Source of the DNA: an uncultured Clostridia bacterium | GTDB taxonomy: Bacteria; Bacillota; Clostridia; TANB77; CAG-508 | Assembly: GCA_963558405.1 (NCBI GenBank) | Contig: CAUWGC010000003.1 | Span: 73,015 to 105,014 of the forward strand | DNA: 32,000 nt | Reading direction: 5' to 3' | The notes under the pieces: generated by a model | Database searches by the model: none | Told to the model about the DNA's origin: nothing | What the model saw: the letters and a program-made list of their open reading frames with translations, nothing else | Position numbers and translations under genes: made by a program | Shown: positions 9,625-19,100 of the stretch, one piece after another | Numbering within the stretch: the first letter of the stretch is position 1 | Layout: each line of letters begins with the position of its first letter

Positions 9625-10647
9625 TTGTTTAAGATTAGTACAAATATAAAAAAAGTAGTAGTACATATTAGAACATCTGTAAAATTGATTCTATTAATAT
9701 TACTATCTTTATTTATTATAGTTGGAATTGTCACATTATTTTATAAACCAATATATCGTGTAACATTAAAAGGAGAGCATATTGGATATACTGAAAATAG
9801 AGAAATGTTACAAGAAAAATTTAGCAAGTATTTAAATCATGGGGACAGTAGCATACCAAATTCAGCTTTTGCCCAAATTGAAGAATTACCTAGATATAGT
9901 ATGTGTCTTCTAAAAAAAGGAATTGTAACAAATGATGAGGAAATATATCAAAAAGTATTAGATATTAGTACACTATATTATAGATATTATGCAATCACAG
10001 ATAATGGAGAAGAAAAATATTATACATCTACTTTTGAAGAAGCTGAATCAGCTATAAACGAATTAAAAGAAAAAAATAGCACAAATAAAGATAAATTAGC
10101 AATTGCAGAAAAATATTCAAAAGATTTAAAAACTTTTGATACAAAAGATACAATCGTATCAAAGTTATATGTAGAACCAGTAAAAGAAATAAAAGTAGCA
10201 AGTACATATAAATCAACAGGTACAACAAGTAGTTTAAAAGGATCAAATACATCTAGTAAAAAAGTTGCTTTAGGAACTACATTAATTAGACCAGTATCTG
10301 GGACAATATCTTCAAGATATGGTAGAAGAAGTAGTGGAATGCATACAGGAATTGATATTGCAGCACCAAATGGAACAACAATTAAAGCAGCAGCTTCGGG
10401 AACAGTTACATTTTCAGGAGGAAATCCTAATAGAAGTTATGGATATTATATAATAATTTCACATGGAAACGGAGTACAAACTTATTATTGTCACTGTAGT
10501 AAACTTTTAGTATCAGCGGGAACAAAAGTATCTCAGGGGCAACCAATAGCAAAAGTGGGGAAAACTGGAAATGCAACGGGAAATCATTTACACTTTGAAA
10601 TAAGAGTAAATGGAGTTACACAAAATCCACAAAATTACGTATATTAA
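9625..10647 (+). CDS. membrane-anchored M23 (LytM-type) metallopeptidase
   Basis: N-terminal TM segment (LILLILLSLFIIVGIVTLF). C-terminal M23 motifs HTGIDIAAPNGT (HxxxD) and GNHLHFEIRVNG (HxH). Start is uncertain: TTG 9625 abuts the SD and there is no in-frame ATG before the TM segment. Confidence 0.85.
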   Translation: MFKISTNIKKVVVHIRTSVKLILLILLSLFIIVGIVTLFYKPIYRVTLKGEHIGYTENREMLQEKFSKYLNHGDSSIPNSAFAQIEELPRYSMCLLKKGIVTNDEEIYQKVLDISTLYYRYYAITDNGEEKYYTSTFEEAESAINELKEKNSTNKDKLAIAEKYSKDLKTFDTKDTIVSKLYVEPVKEIKVASTYKSTGTTSSLKGSNTSSKKVALGTTLIRPVSGTISSRYGRRSSGMHTGIDIAAPNGTTIKAAASGTVTFSGGNPNRSYGYYIIISHGNGVQTYYCHCSKLLVSAGTKVSQGQPIAKVGKTGNATGNHLHFEIRVNGVTQNPQNYVY

Positions 10648-10682
10648 AAAACACTTCATATAAGAAGTGTTTTATTTTTTTG
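10647..10682. terminator. bidirectional terminator between convergent genes
   Basis: Stem aaacacttc / gaagtgttt with A run on one side and T run on the other. Lies between the M23 peptidase stop (10647) and the mecA stop (10672). Confidence 0.6.
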
Positions 10683-11301
10683 AAAAAAATTGTTTTCCGG
10701 TTTTTAATGCATTGTGTTTAATAATTAATTTACCATGTTCTTGGAGTTTACTTTTAAATAACTCACCATTATGTATATTAGTTGCAAATTCACTGATACA
10801 AGAATGAAACTGAATAATTTTTTCAGGAGGAACATGCAAATCAGAAAAAAGTAAATAATAATTATTATCATATTCATACAACAATATTTTTTTAGCTATT
10901 TTAAACATAAAATTGAAAGAAGAAGATTCTAGAAAATTGCATAACTCGCAAAAATCATCAAAATCAGAAAAAAGATAAATAGCAGTTGTAGAATGTATAT
11001 TATATGTTTTTCTTTTTATATGTAATGTTTTTCTTTTATAAATATTTTTTGGCTTATTTACAGGACTCATTCTGGTTACAGTAAATACAAAATTACCATC
11101 TAAAGTTGCCAATGCTTCAATTCTAATTTGATAGTTTTTAGTAACAAATCCAACTTCTTCTTCAGCTTTTTCTAATAAGTTTAAGAACAAATCTTGTGTT
11201 TCTAAAGAATTTGCCATAAAAGAATGTATATCAATATTTTTTTCATCCAAGTCCTGTTTATTTAATGTTATTCTTATTTTATTATCACCGAAGCTTCTCA
11301 A
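10672..11301 (-). CDS. mecA: adaptor protein MecA-like
   Basis: 209 aa. N terminus is MecA-like ((M)RSFGDNKIRITLNKQDLDEKNIDI...). A linker precedes a C-terminal domain. TTG start with SD aaggtga. Confidence 0.55.
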   Translation of the reverse strand: MRSFGDNKIRITLNKQDLDEKNIDIHSFMANSLETQDLFLNLLEKAEEEVGFVTKNYQIRIEALATLDGNFVFTVTRMSPVNKPKNIYKRKTLHIKRKTYNIHSTTAIYLFSDFDDFCELCNFLESSSFNFMFKIAKKILLYEYDNNYYLLFSDLHVPPEKIIQFHSCISEFATNIHNGELFKSKLQEHGKLIIKHNALKTGKQFFSKK

Positions 11302-11555
11302 ATCTCACCTTAATAATACCCCCAAAAATGATTATATTATAATTATACTACGAAACACCATTTTTTAAAAGAACGAAAAAAATGGTAAATTTAAAATTTA
11401 TATATTATATGCAATTATTGCTAAAATGTACTACATAGAATATATCATAAGAGTAAAAAAAAGAAAAGAATGTTATATGAAAATATTTAAATATTTTTAT
11501 AATAATTAGTAGAATCAACTAAAGGAATTTTTAAGGAAAAAATTGTATATATTAC

Positions 11556-11584
11556 TTGAAAAAAAACTTGTTTCCCTATATAAT
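11556..11584 (+). promoter_or_regulatory. sigma-A-type promoter of the morphogenesis operon
   Basis: TTGAAA (11556-11561), 17-nt spacer, TATAAT (11579-11584). It lies inside the track ORF 11543.., which argues for the downstream GTG start. Confidence 0.5.
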
Positions 11585-11635
11585 ATCATAGAAAACAAAA
11601 GAAATAAATTCCGTAAGAAGAATGGAGGAACAAAA

Positions 11636-11893
11636 GTGGCAACAAGAGAAAAAAATATATGGATATTACTAGTATTTTTATTATCAGGATTAGTAATTGG
11701 AGGATTATTGGGAGAGCTAGCTTCAAAAGTGGACTTTTTATGGTGGCTTTCTTATGGAGAATCATTTGGTCTAACAAATCCAATTACATTAAATTTAAAT
11801 ATTATGGAAGTTACATTTGGATTAATGTTTAAAATTAATGTAGCAAGTATTATTGGAATGGCAATTGCTATTTTTATATATCGAAAGGTATAA
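11636..11893 (+). CDS. DUF4321-type small membrane protein
   Basis: GTG 11636 lies 7 nt after SD ggagga. Product is (M)ATREKNIWILLVFLLSGLVIGGLLGELASK...INVASIIGMAIAIFIYRKV with two hydrophobic segments. First gene of the radC-mre cluster. Confidence 0.55.
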   Translation: MATREKNIWILLVFLLSGLVIGGLLGELASKVDFLWWLSYGESFGLTNPITLNLNIMEVTFGLMFKINVASIIGMAIAIFIYRKV

Positions 11894-11962
11894 CAAATAA
11901 AAAATGATACAATAATATAAATAAAAGGAATAGGGGTTTTAGAAAGGTTAGGTAAAATACCA

Positions 11963-13689
<1,727 letters not shown>

Positions 13690-13721
13690 ATTCCTAAAAG
13701 AAAGGATGAAAAGGAAGATAC

Positions 13722-14534
13722 ATGTATAAAAATAAAAAAAGTGGAATAATTGGAATTATTGTAACAATTTTGTTATTAGTTATTATTGTATTTCTATCCA
13801 ATGTAGAAATAGGAAAATTATCTTATGCACAAAATGTGTTTACATCTTTAATAATGCCAGTACAAAATGGACTAACATATTTAAAAAATAAATTAGCAGG
13901 TAATGAAAATTTTTTTACTGATGTAAATGCATTAAAACAAGAAAATGAACAGTTAAAACAAAAAAATAAAGAATTAGAAGAAAGTTTAAGAGAATTAGAA
14001 ATTACTAAAAATGAAAATAGTAGATTAACAGAATTATTAGGATTAAAAGAAAAATATACAAGTTATTCTACAATTCCAGCTTATGTAATAAATAGAGATA
14101 TGAACAATTATAGTAATATGATTGTTATTGATAGCGGAAAAAAAGATGGAATAGAAGAAAATATGGTAGTAATTGCAGATAAAGGATTAGTAGGTCATGT
14201 GGTATCTGTTTCAGATACTACTGCTAAAGTGCAAACTATTGTTGATCCATCTAGTTCGGTTAGTAGTACTTTATCAACTACAAGAGATAACCTTGTTATA
14301 AGGGGAAGTATTGAAGGAAATGGCAGATTAAAAGGAACATTTATACAGCCACATGTTACCATTGCACAGGGCGACAATATAGAAACATCTGGAATAGGAG
14401 GAATTTATCCTAAAGGAATTCATATAGGAACTGTAAATCAAGTTGTTTCTACTAAAAATATTACAGATAGATATATATGGATAGAAACTGCAGTTGATTT
14501 TACAAAATTAGAAACTGTTTTAGTAATTAAGTAA
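13722..14534 (+). CDS. mreC: rod shape-determining protein MreC
   Basis: N-terminal TM, a coiled coil (NALKQENEQLKQKNKELEESLRELE), then a beta-rich domain (GLVGHVVSVSDTTAKVQTIVD). Positioned after mreB. Confidence 0.85.
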   Translation: MYKNKKSGIIGIIVTILLLVIIVFLSNVEIGKLSYAQNVFTSLIMPVQNGLTYLKNKLAGNENFFTDVNALKQENEQLKQKNKELEESLRELEITKNENSRLTELLGLKEKYTSYSTIPAYVINRDMNNYSNMIVIDSGKKDGIEENMVVIADKGLVGHVVSVSDTTAKVQTIVDPSSSVSSTLSTTRDNLVIRGSIEGNGRLKGTFIQPHVTIAQGDNIETSGIGGIYPKGIHIGTVNQVVSTKNITDRYIWIETAVDFTKLETVLVIK

Positions 14535-14547
14535 AAGAGGTGAAATT

Positions 14548-15081
14548 TTGAAAAAAGTAGGTATTATTGTTGCGTTTTTTGCTGTTTTCTTATGCCTTTA
14601 TTTTTTACAAGCTAATTTTTTTACTTGGTTTACTATAAGTGATGTAATGCCAAATATTTTTGTTATTTTTATGCTATTTATAGGTTTATTTGCAGGAAAA
14701 AAAGTAGGAGCATTTTGTGGAATCTTATTTGGAATTATCCTTGATTTTTGTATTGGAAAGTCAATTTTTATGTATGCAATTATGCTAATGGTAGTTGGAT
14801 TTTTAGGAGGAATTTTAGATAAAAATTTTTCTAAAGATAGTAGAATAACAATTATGTTAATGGTAGCAGGAATGACTTGTTTATTTGAAATAGGAATGTA
14901 TGTTTTTTCTGTATTTTTGCTTTCTGCAAATTTAGAAATTATAGCATTTTTAAAAACGTTAGTGATTGAAATAGTTTATAATGTCATATTAACAATAATT
15001 GTATATCCATTATTTCCTATATTTGGATATCCAATAGAAGAAAATTTTAAAGGAAAGACAATATTAACAAAATATTTTTAA
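14548..15081 (+). CDS. mreD: rod shape-determining protein MreD
   Basis: 177-aa polytopic membrane protein immediately after mreC. TTG start 5 nt after SD agaggtga. Confidence 0.7.
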   Translation: MKKVGIIVAFFAVFLCLYFLQANFFTWFTISDVMPNIFVIFMLFIGLFAGKKVGAFCGILFGIILDFCIGKSIFMYAIMLMVVGFLGGILDKNFSKDSRITIMLMVAGMTCLFEIGMYVFSVFLLSANLEIIAFLKTLVIEIVYNVILTIIVYPLFPIFGYPIEENFKGKTILTKYF

Positions 15082-15095
15082 AAGAAGGTGAAAAA

Positions 15096-17174
15096 TTGGA
15101 ACAAAAAAATAATACAGCAAATACTAGACTTAGATATAATATATTGGGAGTTTTAATTTATCTTATTGGAATTGTTTTATTATTACAATTATTTAACCTT
15201 CAAATTGTTCATGGTGAAGAATATAGAGCACAGTCTAATACAAGACTTACAAGGGAGACAGTATTAAAAGCAGCAAGAGGGAAAATTATAGATAGAACAG
15301 GAATAGATCTTGTAAGTACAAAAATTGTAAATAGTCTAAAATTATATAAATCAAAAATGTCTTCAGAAGAATTAAATAATACTTTGCTAGAGATTATAAA
15401 AGTTTTAGAACAAAATGGAGATAAATATGCAGACAACTTGCCAATTGCTATAAATCCAATTCGCTTTACAATGGAAGATGAAGAAGAACAAAAAAAATGG
15501 AAAAAAGAAATGGAGATAGACGAAAATTTTACAGCAGAGCAAGTATTTGAAAAATTAAAAGACAAATATGACATAACAACTGAAAATATAGATGATGCAA
15601 GAAAAATAATGACACTAAGATATGAAATTAATATACAAGGATATAGTAGTACAAGACCAGTAGAGATTTCAGATGATATCTCTGAGACAAGCCTTGCAAT
15701 ATTTAATGAGCAAAATTTTAAATTTCCAAGCATTGCAATTATTCCAGAACCACAAAGAGTTTATTTAAAGGGAAATTTAGCATCACATATATTAGGATAT
15801 TTGAGAACTATAGATTCTGAAACTTATAATGCAAATAAAGATATTTATAGTATGAATGATTTAGTAGGAAAAAGTGGAATAGAATATACTTTTGAAACAT
15901 TTTTAAAGGGGACAGATGGAATAAAACAAATAGATATGTCTGTAGATGGTACAGTAACAGATGAATACATTACAAAAGAAGCTGTAGCAGGAAATAATGT
16001 TGTACTTACTATTGATGCAAAATTACAACAAGTAGTAGAAAATGCACTAAAAACAAATATAGAAAAAATACGTAATGGAGGATTTTCACAAAGAGCAGAT
16101 GCAGAAGGTGGTTCTTGTATAGTAATGAACGTAAAAACTGGTGAAGTACTTGCAATGGCAAGTTATCCAGATTTTGATCCACAATCTTTTGTAGGAATAA
16201 TATCAGATGAAAAATGGAAAGAATATACAACAGATCTAAAGCCACTAAAGAATAGAGCAATTCAAGATGCAAATGCTCCAGGTTCTATTTTTAAAATGAT
16301 AACAGGAATAGCTGCATTAGAATCTGGTGTGACAAATGTATCAGAGAGAGTATATGACTCTGGAGTATATCGTTATTACAACCAAAAATTACCATGTTGG
16401 TACTATACAGATTATGGAAGAGGACATGGATGGCAAAATGTATCAGATGGAATAAAAAATTCTTGTAATTATTATTTTTGTGAAATGGGACAAAGGTTAG
16501 GAATTGATAAATTAGTAGAATACTCTTCAGGTTTTGGATTAGGTAAAAAGACAGGTGTAGAATTATTAGGAGAAACAGCAGGAAATTTAGCAACTAGTTT
16601 AAATAATGAACCAGGAAATATTTTAAATCTTTCTATAGGACAAGGAGCTAACAGCTTTAGTGTTATTCAAATGGCAAAATATATTAGTATGGTAGCAAAT
16701 GGAGGAAGAGATTTAGATGTTACCATTTTTAAAAGTGTTATAGATGAAAATGGAAATACAATACCTAGAGAACAAGTAGAAGAAGTTGTAAATGAAAGAT
16801 TAGGATTAGAAAAAACAGAGTTAAAAGATATGATAATAAAAGATGAAAACTTTAAAGCTATACTAGAAGGTATGAAATCAGTAACAACAGAATCAGGAGG
16901 AACTGCAAATAGTTTCTTTAGAGGATTTGATATAGAAGTAGGTGGAAAAACAGGATCTGCAGAAGTTGGAAATGGTAAGGTAAATGCTTGGTTTGCAGGT
17001 TTTGCACCATATGATGACCCAGAAATTGCAGTAGTAGTAATGGTTGAAAATGGAAGACATGGAAGTTATACAGCAGAACCAGTAAGAGATATTATTGCAG
17101 AATATTTTGGAATGAACTTACAAGAAGCAAATGAAAGTATGGAAGCAATTCCTACTGTTCAAATACAAAGATAA
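15096..17174 (+). CDS. mrdA: penicillin-binding protein 2 (elongasome transpeptidase)
   Basis: 692 aa with N-terminal TM. Transpeptidase motifs SxxK (GSIFKMITG), SxN (NSCNYY) and KTG (GGKTGSAE). TTG start after SD gaaggtga. Confidence 0.9.
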   Translation: MEQKNNTANTRLRYNILGVLIYLIGIVLLLQLFNLQIVHGEEYRAQSNTRLTRETVLKAARGKIIDRTGIDLVSTKIVNSLKLYKSKMSSEELNNTLLEIIKVLEQNGDKYADNLPIAINPIRFTMEDEEEQKKWKKEMEIDENFTAEQVFEKLKDKYDITTENIDDARKIMTLRYEINIQGYSSTRPVEISDDISETSLAIFNEQNFKFPSIAIIPEPQRVYLKGNLASHILGYLRTIDSETYNANKDIYSMNDLVGKSGIEYTFETFLKGTDGIKQIDMSVDGTVTDEYITKEAVAGNNVVLTIDAKLQQVVENALKTNIEKIRNGGFSQRADAEGGSCIVMNVKTGEVLAMASYPDFDPQSFVGIISDEKWKEYTTDLKPLKNRAIQDANAPGSIFKMITGIAALESGVTNVSERVYDSGVYRYYNQKLPCWYYTDYGRGHGWQNVSDGIKNSCNYYFCEMGQRLGIDKLVEYSSGFGLGKKTGVELLGETAGNLATSLNNEPGNILNLSIGQGANSFSVIQMAKYISMVANGGRDLDVTIFKSVIDENGNTIPREQVEEVVNERLGLEKTELKDMIIKDENFKAILEGMKSVTTESGGTANSFFRGFDIEVGGKTGSAEVGNGKVNAWFAGFAPYDDPEIAVVVMVENGRHGSYTAEPVRDIIAEYFGMNLQEANESMEAIPTVQIQR

Positions 17175-17193
17175 AATAAAAGAAGGTAAGGAT

Positions 17194-17805
17194 ATGAAAA
17201 ATTGTATACAAATTCATTTAAAAAAAGACGAAATAGAATTAAGAATTCAAGAAGATGCAACACATGATGAAGTAATAGAAGCTTTAGAAAAAAAATTATA
17301 TGAATTAAAAAAACTATATAAGGAGGACACAACACCTATTTTTGTTACAGGAAAAGTACTAAAAAACACAGAAATAGATGAAATTCAAAAATTAATTCAC
17401 AATTGTATACCAGTTAAACTAAATTTTGAAAGTCCAAAAACATTAGGATTACATGGTATAAAGAAAACATATCATAAACCAATAGAAATCTCTGAGACAA
17501 AGTATTATAAAGGCTCTATGCGTTCTGGTCAAAAATTAGAATTTGACGGAAGTATTGTAATACTAGGAGATATAAATGCAGGAGCAGAAGTAATCGCTTC
17601 TGGAAATATTGTAGTTTTAGGTATATTAAGAGGTCTAGCACATGCAGGAGCTAAAGGAAATAAAGATGCAAGCATTGCAGCTTCTTTGATAGATACTACT
17701 CAATTAAGAATAGCTAATATAATAAAAGAAATAGAAAAAGAAGATTCAAAAGGAAAAGAAATTCATTATGCTTATGTTCAAAATGAAAATATAATTTTAG
17801 AATAG
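17194..17805 (+). CDS. minC: septum site-determining protein MinC
   Basis: ATG 17194 after SD aaggtaagg; the track start at 17131 overlaps PBP2. C-terminal beta-helix repeat GDINAGAEVIASGNIVVLGILRGLAHAGAKGNKDASIAA. Confidence 0.85.
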   Translation: MKNCIQIHLKKDEIELRIQEDATHDEVIEALEKKLYELKKLYKEDTTPIFVTGKVLKNTEIDEIQKLIHNCIPVKLNFESPKTLGLHGIKKTYHKPIEISETKYYKGSMRSGQKLEFDGSIVILGDINAGAEVIASGNIVVLGILRGLAHAGAKGNKDASIAASLIDTTQLRIANIIKEIEKEDSKGKEIHYAYVQNENIILE

Positions 17806-17821
17806 TAATATAAAATTAATT

Positions 17822-17848
17822 AAAAGCAAGAAAATATTCTTGCTTTTT
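17822..17848. terminator. bidirectional terminator
   Basis: Stem aaaagcaagaa / ttcttgctttt between convergent minC and the minus-strand operon. Confidence 0.6.
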
Positions 17849-18158
17849 AATTAATTAATAATAAAATAAGAATAAGAAATAAGCTAGTATCTTTTATACC
17901 TTCTTTATAAAGAAAAAATATCAAACAAACTAATAAAATATCGTCATATTGTAGCTTTAAACCAAATAAATCTATAAAATAGTTTTCTTCAATAGTATTA
18001 GAAGAAGATTTTTTTTCTTCTTTAGCAATATTTAAGTTTTTATTTTGTAAATTTGATGTAGTATTTTGTTTATTTTTATAATTGGAGTTAAAAGTTTGTT
18101 TATAATAATTATGATAATTATATCTAGGAAAAGAAAAAGGTGAGTAAGGAAACATCAT
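17847..18158 (-). CDS. hypothetical small membrane protein
   Basis: 103 aa. Y/N-rich N terminus and hydrophobic C terminus (DDILLVCLIFFLYKEG...LFLILILLLI). The ATG overlaps the upstream stop (ATGA), suggesting translational coupling. Confidence 0.5.
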   Translation of the reverse strand: MMFPYSPFSFPRYNYHNYYKQTFNSNYKNKQNTTSNLQNKNLNIAKEEKKSSSNTIEENYFIDLFGLKLQYDDILLVCLIFFLYKEGIKDTSLFLILILLLIN

Positions 18159-18619
18159 TTTTTCTGCTCACCACCTAAAGGACCTAATACTTCAAAAATT
18201 TTTTCCATTTTTAAAAATTGAATATATTGATCTACTTTATTTTTTCTACTTTCTTTTAAATATGGTTTTAAAGAAAGTAATAAATTAGTTCTTGGATCAT
18301 TTTTATTAGAATTTACTTTATCAAAAACGGATTTTAATTTCATTATTGTTCCAATATCAATATTAAAATCATTTTGATTATTAGAAGAATTTTCTGAACT
18401 ACTAAAATTTTCTTTTTTATCAGAATTTAACATATTAGCTAATATATTAGCCATTTCAGGAGGAATTGTACAAGAAGAATTTTCTGAATTGGTATTATTG
18501 TCTGAATTATTAGAAGAACTATTTAAATTTTGAAGTATGTTTTTAATATCTTCTGGAATCTCTTTTCCATTTAGCATACTGCTAAAGTTTTTCATTAAAT
18601 CAGACATATCTTCTGCCAT
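18155..18619 (-). CDS. hypothetical protein, N/S-rich low-complexity centre
   Basis: 154 aa with strong SD aaggagga. Better-ordered C-terminal region (DPRTNLLLSLKPYLKESRKNKVDQYIQFLKMEKIFEVL). No family recognised. Confidence 0.55.
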   Translation of the reverse strand: MAEDMSDLMKNFSSMLNGKEIPEDIKNILQNLNSSSNNSDNNTNSENSSCTIPPEMANILANMLNSDKKENFSSSENSSNNQNDFNIDIGTIMKLKSVFDKVNSNKNDPRTNLLLSLKPYLKESRKNKVDQYIQFLKMEKIFEVLGPLGGEQKK

Positions 18620-18636
18620 ACAAATTCCTCCTTTTT

Positions 18637-18810
18637 TTAATTTTTATTATTATTTAACTTGCTTTGTAATTCCCCAATAATTTTATCTTTATCCTTTGAA
18701 TTTAAAATAGCATTTGCCAGAGCCAAACCTTGTTTAAGCTTATCTTGATCCATATTAGATAACATAGACATAAGTTTCGCCATATCTATATTATTTTGAT
18801 TGTTATTCAT
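18637..18810 (-). CDS. hypothetical 57-aa protein (below the ORF-track cutoff)
   Basis: ATG at 18810 (minus strand) lies 7 nt after SD gaaggagg. Product is MNNNQNNIDMAKLMSMLSNMDQDKLKQGLALANAILNSKDKDKIIGELQSKLNNNKN. TAA stop is 17 nt before the next gene start. The N-terminal DM..LM..ML pattern resembles that of the 154-aa neighbour. Confidence 0.45.
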   Translation of the reverse strand: MNNNQNNIDMAKLMSMLSNMDQDKLKQGLALANAILNSKDKDKIIGELQSKLNNNKN

Positions 18811-18901
18811 AGTAAACCTCCTTCTTAATACATTTTTATATGTAACATATTATTACTATATGAAAAATATTTTAAAAAGTTCCTAAAAAACAGAATTGTT
18901 T

Positions 18902-18937
18902 TTCGTGTTAGTATTGTAATTTTCGCTATTTTACGAT
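18902..18937. promoter_or_regulatory. cluster of three CG-containing heptamers upstream of spoIIE (weak Spo0A-box candidates)
   Basis: ttcgtgt (18902), ttcgcta (18922) and ttacgat (18931) in an otherwise CG-free spacer. Each is an imperfect match to the reverse 0A box TTCGNCA. Confidence 0.2.
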
Positions 18938-19100
18938 AAAATAAAAAACACAAATGAGAAAAGTTAAAAGAAATTTAAAAAAATATATCACAAAAAGTAA
19001 AAAACTTTTTCTTTACGGATACTTGAATTCTACAAAAAATTTAATATGTATATATTAAAATATGAACATAGCAAAAGAAAAAGTTTATGAGGTGGTAAGG

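Noticed and set aside
11358-11386. Inverted repeat ccatttttt ... aaaaaatgg upstream of mecA
   Set aside because: It is an A/T-dominated 9-bp stem in an AT-rich spacer. It is not followed by a T run in the orientation of either neighbouring gene. Significance is indistinguishable from chance.
17131-17193. N-terminal extensions given by the ORF track (17131 for minC, 11543 for DUF4321, 12633 for mreB, 19062 for spoIIE, 22521 for the WG protein)
   Set aside because: Each extension lacks an SD, overlaps the upstream gene or a promoter, or starts at a TTG inside the SD. An internal ATG or GTG with a well-spaced SD gives the family-typical N terminus.
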